Source of the DNA: Chthonomonadaceae bacterium
GTDB lineage: Bacteria > Armatimonadota > Chthonomonadetes > Chthonomonadales > Chthonomonadaceae
Length of the DNA: 47,582 bases
Assembly (NCBI GenBank): GCA_035650735.1
Contig: DASRGZ010000179.1
Coordinates: 1 to 47,582, forward strand
Direction of reading: 5' to 3'
A program made the position numbers and the translations under genes. Below are positions 47,259-47,582 of the stretch, piece after piece. Each line of letters starts with the position of its first letter. The first letter of the stretch is position 1. Under the pieces are notes generated by a model. It had not been told where the DNA came from. It did not search any database and saw only the letters and a list, made by a program, of their open reading frames with translations.

Positions 47259-47420
47259 CCTCACCCCCGGCCCCTCTTGTAGGGTGTGGGGTATAGGGTT
47301 TAGGGTGTGGGGTATAGGGTTTAGGGTGTAGGGTCGCCCTCACCCCCATCCCCTCTCCCGCAGCGTCGGGAGAGGGGAGAGACCTCACCCCCGTTCCCTC
47401 TCCTTCGCAAGGAGAGGGGA
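47259..47420. repeat. Three family B REP-like units flanking a heptamer array
   Basis: CCTCACCCCC... at about 47259, 47338 and 47383. Confidence 0.78.
47280..47335 (+). repeat. Eight-unit heptamer tandem repeat (TRGGGTN)
   Basis: TAGGGTG TGGGGTA TAGGGTT TAGGGTG TGGGGTA TAGGGTT TAGGGTG TAGGGTC. Confidence 0.9.
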
Positions 47421-47582
47421 GAGGAGAAGTCAGCGTTACCTCTGCCCACGTAGGTGGGCAGCGGGCCTGGCTAGGCGGAGATCGCCAGGCAGAGCCGCGA
47501 ACCGTTGAGCGGCGTCCCTGGCAGTCGAGCGTGCGCAGTTCCGACCCTAGCAGAGCCCCACAGCGGCAGGGTTTAGCCTGCC

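Overview
GC-rich bacterial window with five parts. (1) 34-5562: a DegT-family aminotransferase, a Gfo/Idh/MocA oxidoreductase and a carbohydrate ABC importer (binding protein plus two permeases). (2) About 5700-7900: a visibly AT-richer islet with a secreted tandem STN/N0-like protein and a frameshifted secreted protein, followed by a solitary XdhC-family gene and a lone RbsC-type permease. (3) 10227-32483 (minus strand): a 17-gene Wzy-type surface-polysaccharide cluster with two AsnB-type amidotransferases, two SAM methyltransferases, a split transketolase, DegT, PglF/CapD, a hexapeptide acyltransferase, a MurJ-like flippase and a Wzz-like protein. It is preceded by a perfect sigma70 consensus promoter and a structured leader of about 390 nt. 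(4) An ApsD/ApnL-like (apiose-type) dehydrogenase-lactonase pair, a small ORF with its own expression signals, and the conserved ffh-rpsP-khpA-rimM-trmD-rplS-lepB-rnhB-yraN string. (5) A disrupted secreted beta-helix gene, a UbiA-family gene and a HIT gene. Many intergenic gaps carry palindromic REP/REPIN-like repeats from several families. One nested ~40-bp hairpin module recurs five times with compensatory changes. I found no tRNA, rRNA, CRISPR array or transposase. Gene style suggests Armatimonadota (inference only). All family calls come from motif recognition by eye, not database searches.
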